Assembly (NCBI GenBank): GCA_010909165.1
Contig: VJWM01000196.1
Span: forward strand, 248,001 to 312,000
DNA: 64,000 nt
Reading direction: 5' to 3'
Source of the DNA: Anthoceros angustus
Taxonomy: Eukaryota > Plantae > Anthocerotophyta
The notes beneath the pieces are model-generated. The model did no database searches. It was not told the DNA's origin and was given only the letters and a program-made list of their open reading frames with translations. The translations under genes were made by a program, and so were the position numbers. The number at the start of each line of letters is the position of its first letter. Position 1 is the stretch's first letter. Below, in pieces: positions 60,001-64,000 of the stretch.

Positions 60001-63000
60001 ATTCTTTGGGGATCCCTTCATGTCTGTTACCTCGGCGAAAACATCGATAAATTACGCAGCGGTTGCTTCATTCCTTCCTCCAACGCCGCATCCATTGTTA
60101 CGGAGAATTTGAGCACCTTCCACGGAAGAACCTCAACGTCCTTGACTTCATCGGCTGTACCACTCGCGCTCTCGTGCGGTGCTAACCCGAATCCTTCTTA
60201 CGGCTCCGGTTCCTCTTCTCTCATGCCCCATTCCCTAAACAAATCCTCCGGCGTGAAGCTGCGTGGCGCCTCCTCCACTTCTCCACTGCTGTTGAATCCA
60301 CGCCCGGACCCCTTCATGGAGCGGTTACCCGTAACGACCCTCTTGGTTAATTGTATATGGATATCTCTGCGGTAGTCCCTCCTCATCGGACCATGAGATG
60401 TGTGCGAGCAGGAACCTATCTTCCTCTTCCATCTCCCGGCGTGTCCTCTGCCGAGTGTACCCTTGTTTGATTGGAGTTTCACTGCATACATGTCCTTACT
60501 CCACGATAGGCACATCCTTCCCTCCTTGGTCTTGGGATCCCATTCCAGCGGTTTAAAACCGACTTCCTTCCTGCCCCACTTGGCGTGCATTGCGATCGTA
60601 CATCCATGTTCGGCCAATTAGGACGTCGTGCACAGCGATTTTCTTTGGATGACTACATAATCCATCAAGTAGGGATGGTTCCAATGGTCGTTAGCACCTG
60701 TCGGTTCCCCACGCACCATTACGGACATGTTGCCTCAAAACCTTGGTAGTATGTTCAATATCCAAGCCCAATTTCCTAGCCGTGTCTTGTCATAATATTT
60801 ACAGACCCGTGTCGAGGCACTCCTTTGATGACACATCCGAAATTTCCACAGGTTGGTGGGCCTTGATCCACCATGGATACCAAGTTCACATGGCGGCTGG
60901 TATAGGAACATTGCGCCTCTTTTGGGTTGCGCCTCTTTTAACGCCCTCGATCATTGCCTATACGCGGATTGTCTCGGAGGAGTTGTCCGAATGTGATCAT
61001 GAAATGTTGGTCCATGATGGCCTCGGCGAGATTGAAAGAAGCGGTGGCCATGACCTCCATCCGAGTTTGGTTGGTGGGTTCCCGGTTCGTCATGACTTGG
61101 GGTACGGTGGCCCTTCCGGTGGGGTGGTGGACTCCCCTGGGGTGGTGGAAATCGACACCCCGCCTTTTCCCCGTAGCCTCCCTTGCCAATTCTTCTTGTA
61201 TCATATCCATGACTTCTCCCCGTACGTCCGGTGGAAACCCTAACTCGGTTCGGTAACTTTCTCGAAATCGGTGGGTTCCACCCCTTCGGCCTTGTGACCC
61301 TTCATTCACCTTTCCGCCCGGAACACTCAGTCTCATTTGCATCACTCTTTTGCACATATGGTCCATCCAAGTCACTGCGGGACTTGTTTTTCGTCTTTAG
61401 CGTTCCCCGGTGTTGGTATTTCCTTTGGTGGCGACACTCTCTCCCTCATCCGATCCGTGGTCGTATCCGCCTCCTTTCTTCTTTTTTTCCCCACGTCGCC
61501 TCTCTTTTGCTTTTGTGCTCCTTGTTCTACGACCATGGCGGAGGCTTCCCCATAATAATCGCTTCCTCTGCGTCTAATCCCTCAAGCTCCTCGGGGTTCC
61601 AATCTCGGCATCCTCCCATACCGCCATAAGTCGTCCTCAACATGCATGGCGGACCGGACTTGGGTTTGGTCGGTGAACTCCGTTCTGGTGCGATCCTCAC
61701 CGTCTTTACGGGGCTTTGGCGAGCACACTTCACGCCAAATGCCCTGCTACAATCTTGACATAGTTTATCAAAATCTCCATTGCCTTGGAGTTGGATAAGG
61801 CATTTGTCGCATAGTGTCAAGGTTGCGACAATTATAGCACAAGGCGGTACCCATTGGATTGTTACCCTTGTTGATTCTGACGCCTACCCGTGGAATTCGT
61901 AGGTTGGCGGGTACATGGTCTTTGGGTACACTTGGGTTGGTGAACCTCCGGATCGATATGTATCTTCCACGGACCCTCTTCCTCCTCTTCCTCATATCCG
62001 GGTGTACCCTTGTCGTCGGACAATTAGCTTTGGAGTGTCCCTGCGCCCAGCAGAAGAGGTTGGCTCGTGGGTTCGTGAGACTCTCCGCCTCTCATGTTCC
62101 TTGACCGCATTAAGATGGAATTTCTCGAATTTTGCCATCATCTCCTCCATCTTGTTCCCCTGTTGTTCTACTTTCTTGTGCTACCTCGGCCTCCCTTCTC
62201 CTTTATTCGCGTCCTTCACGTACATCGCCTCTGTTTTGCCCTTGCCGACTCCTTGTTGTCCGTGCACGACCCTTCATTTTCTTTTTCCATTTGGCGCTCC
62301 TCATCGATGGCCTTCCTCCTCACTCGTTTCCTCCTCAGGAACTTTCATGGAATCTTACGTGGAGCTTTCTTCACGATGAACTTCCTTAGGAGGATGAGGA
62401 ATCCCTTCTTTTTTCGTCTGGGCTTCTTCTTCTCCTTCTTAGCCTTCCTCCTCCCTTGCGGGTTGGATTCCTCATAGTTTAGCGCCGCCTTGATAGCCTT
62501 GCCCAAATTCTTCTCCGCTTGTAACCTTCGTGTCTCCCCATCTTAGAACCCGGGCCTTTAGCGAACCACCGTATTGCAACTCGAGTGAGGGCCACTTGAT
62601 CGCGTGGGCTGAAACCTCTCCACATACGCTGCAAGGTTTCCTTCTTTCCTCTGCGGTTTTCAAGCTTGGACAACACGTATCCCTCGTCAAGCCCCAGACC
62701 TTTCACAGGCGGTTTTAATTCTTCATAGGTTCTTTGGAGGTGTGGCGACTTGAGGTATTCGCGCCTATACCACTTATTTGGACCCCGAAGAACTCCATAG
62801 AACAATGAATCTGTGCATCTCCGCTTCTGGTTTGCAAATGTCATCAAAGCGCTCAACAAATTCATCGAGGTCTTCATACCCTTCCCTCTCCATCTGACGG
62901 ATAAGGTTGCTTGGTGGTGACCACCACCGTGGTGGTGGTGGTCATGACTATCGTTCTTGATTCGGCTGGTTGGTCCAACAACGGTTCTGCGGAGTCGATT

Positions 63001-63682
63001 GATCTCCAACGATGCACACTTTTGGAAGAGGTGGGTGGATGGAATTGGTCCGAGGTTCCTTGGCGGTGGTACCTCGTCCAAGTCGAGGTTGGGGATCTTG
63101 CTCCAACAAGATCGGACCCCGTCCCAGTTGCTTCCTTACCTCCTTCTCCTTCCAGCAGTGCGTCTTCTGGACCCTCCTCAACTCGCGGTTTGCAACCCTT
63201 TTAACCTTTCCGGTGCTTGGCGTTGTCGCTTCTCGTGTGGCCTTCCGTCCCGACTTGACTCGAACCCTCGACTCAACCGTGGCATCCATCTACCTAACTA
63301 GATACACTCCAAAACTAGACACCTAAGCTATGGTTAGTCCCCTATAACCTTGATTTCATTCCCCCGGGCGCCAAAATGTGGAATGGGTTTTGCATCGAAG
63401 GCGCAAAGAGGCCACATTTACCCTCTATGTCGTTATAGTCCTAGGATTCGATCCCAAGGGAATGGTGTTGTGTCAAGGTGTGCTAAATCTATGGATTCTA
63501 GACCTGCGTCGCTCACCTTCTCTACCACTGCCCAAACCCACCGTGGTAGACTCGGCCACCGTGGCGGTTCGTGGCGGCACCCTGTGTGCCTTCGCGAGTC
63601 TATTCGCGACTCTCGGACCTAGGGGCTATCGGACACCTATATCGCCTCACCTTACGGAATTTCTGCGATCCACCACGCTTCC
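53820..63682 (-). mobile_element. Ty3/Gypsy LTR retrotransposon, non-chromovirus (Athila/Tat-like), frameshifted throughout
   Basis: Matching LTR sequence at 53820-54130 and 63377-63682; the left LTR may extend to about 54645, with a purine tract at 54646-54660 on the minus strand. PBS TGGCGCCC on the minus strand at about 63366-63373. Gag CYNC knuckle about 61830; RT KDHFPLPFID about 59750 and FMEVF.DD about 59535; integrase YWWPTMYKD and PFEKWGIDFVGP about 58280-58430, in RT-then-integrase order. Long 3' region 54700-57400. Confidence 0.88.
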
Positions 63683-64000
63683 TCACACTCGTTTCCTCCT
63701 CAGGAACTTTACGTGGAATCTTGTGGAGCTTTCTTCACGATGAACTTCCTTCCGAGGAGGATGAGGATCCCTTCTTTTTCGATCACAGGCTTCTTCTTCT
63801 CCTTCTTAGCCTTCCTCCTCCCTTGCGGGTTGGATTCCTCATAGTTTAGCGCCGCCTTGATAGCCTTGCCCAAATTCTTCTCCGCTTGTAACCTTCGTGT
63901 CTCCCCATCTTAGAACCCAGGCCTTTAGCGAACCACCGTGTGCACCAACTCAGTGAGGCCACTTGATCGCGTGCGGTGAAACCTCTCCACATACGCTGCA
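63683..64000. repeat. Second copy of the internal Gypsy segment at about 62320-62630, directly after the truncated LTR
   Basis: CACTCGTTTCCTCCTCAGGAACTTT...CTCTCCACATACGCTGCA matches the earlier copy with small indels. Confidence 0.9.

Noticed and set aside
1-64000. rRNA, tRNA or prokaryotic operon and defence systems
   Set aside because: None recognised; genes are spliceosomal-intron plant genes. Small ncRNAs cannot be excluded without a covariance-model search.

Overview
Eukaryotic land-plant nuclear DNA, not prokaryotic. Short GT-AG introns (mostly 65-200 nt), GC-rich exons and about 11 genes or pseudogenes in the first 40 kb suggest a compact bryophyte-grade genome. A hornwort is plausible, but that is inference only. 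The gene-rich part (1.8-40.3 kb) holds a GH3 acyl acid-amido synthetase, an IRK/PXC2-type LRR-RLK, a P-class PPR gene, a PAP2/PAP9-type purple acid phosphatase, a DAD1-like phospholipase A1, CPI1 head-to-head with OEP80, a frame-disrupted LRR ectodomain joined to a WAK-type kinase, an uncharacterised membrane-protein gene, an intron-containing TPR gene whose motifs resemble a bacterial family, and HOS15. A 3' fragment of a CRE-clade non-LTR retrotransposon sits next to a TA/TATG microsatellite at 34-35.2 kb. From 40.6 to 48.4 kb is an AT-rich island with an intronless decayed thymidine kinase, a decayed multi-exon gene and several minisatellites. From 48.4 to 64 kb is a nest of retroelements: a CRE reverse transcriptase remnant, a probable LTR element, and a minus-strand Athila/Tat-type Ty3/Gypsy element with internal duplications. 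Many small indels fall in homopolymer runs, so some disruptions may be long-read consensus errors. All family assignments come from motif recognition by eye; no database search was run.
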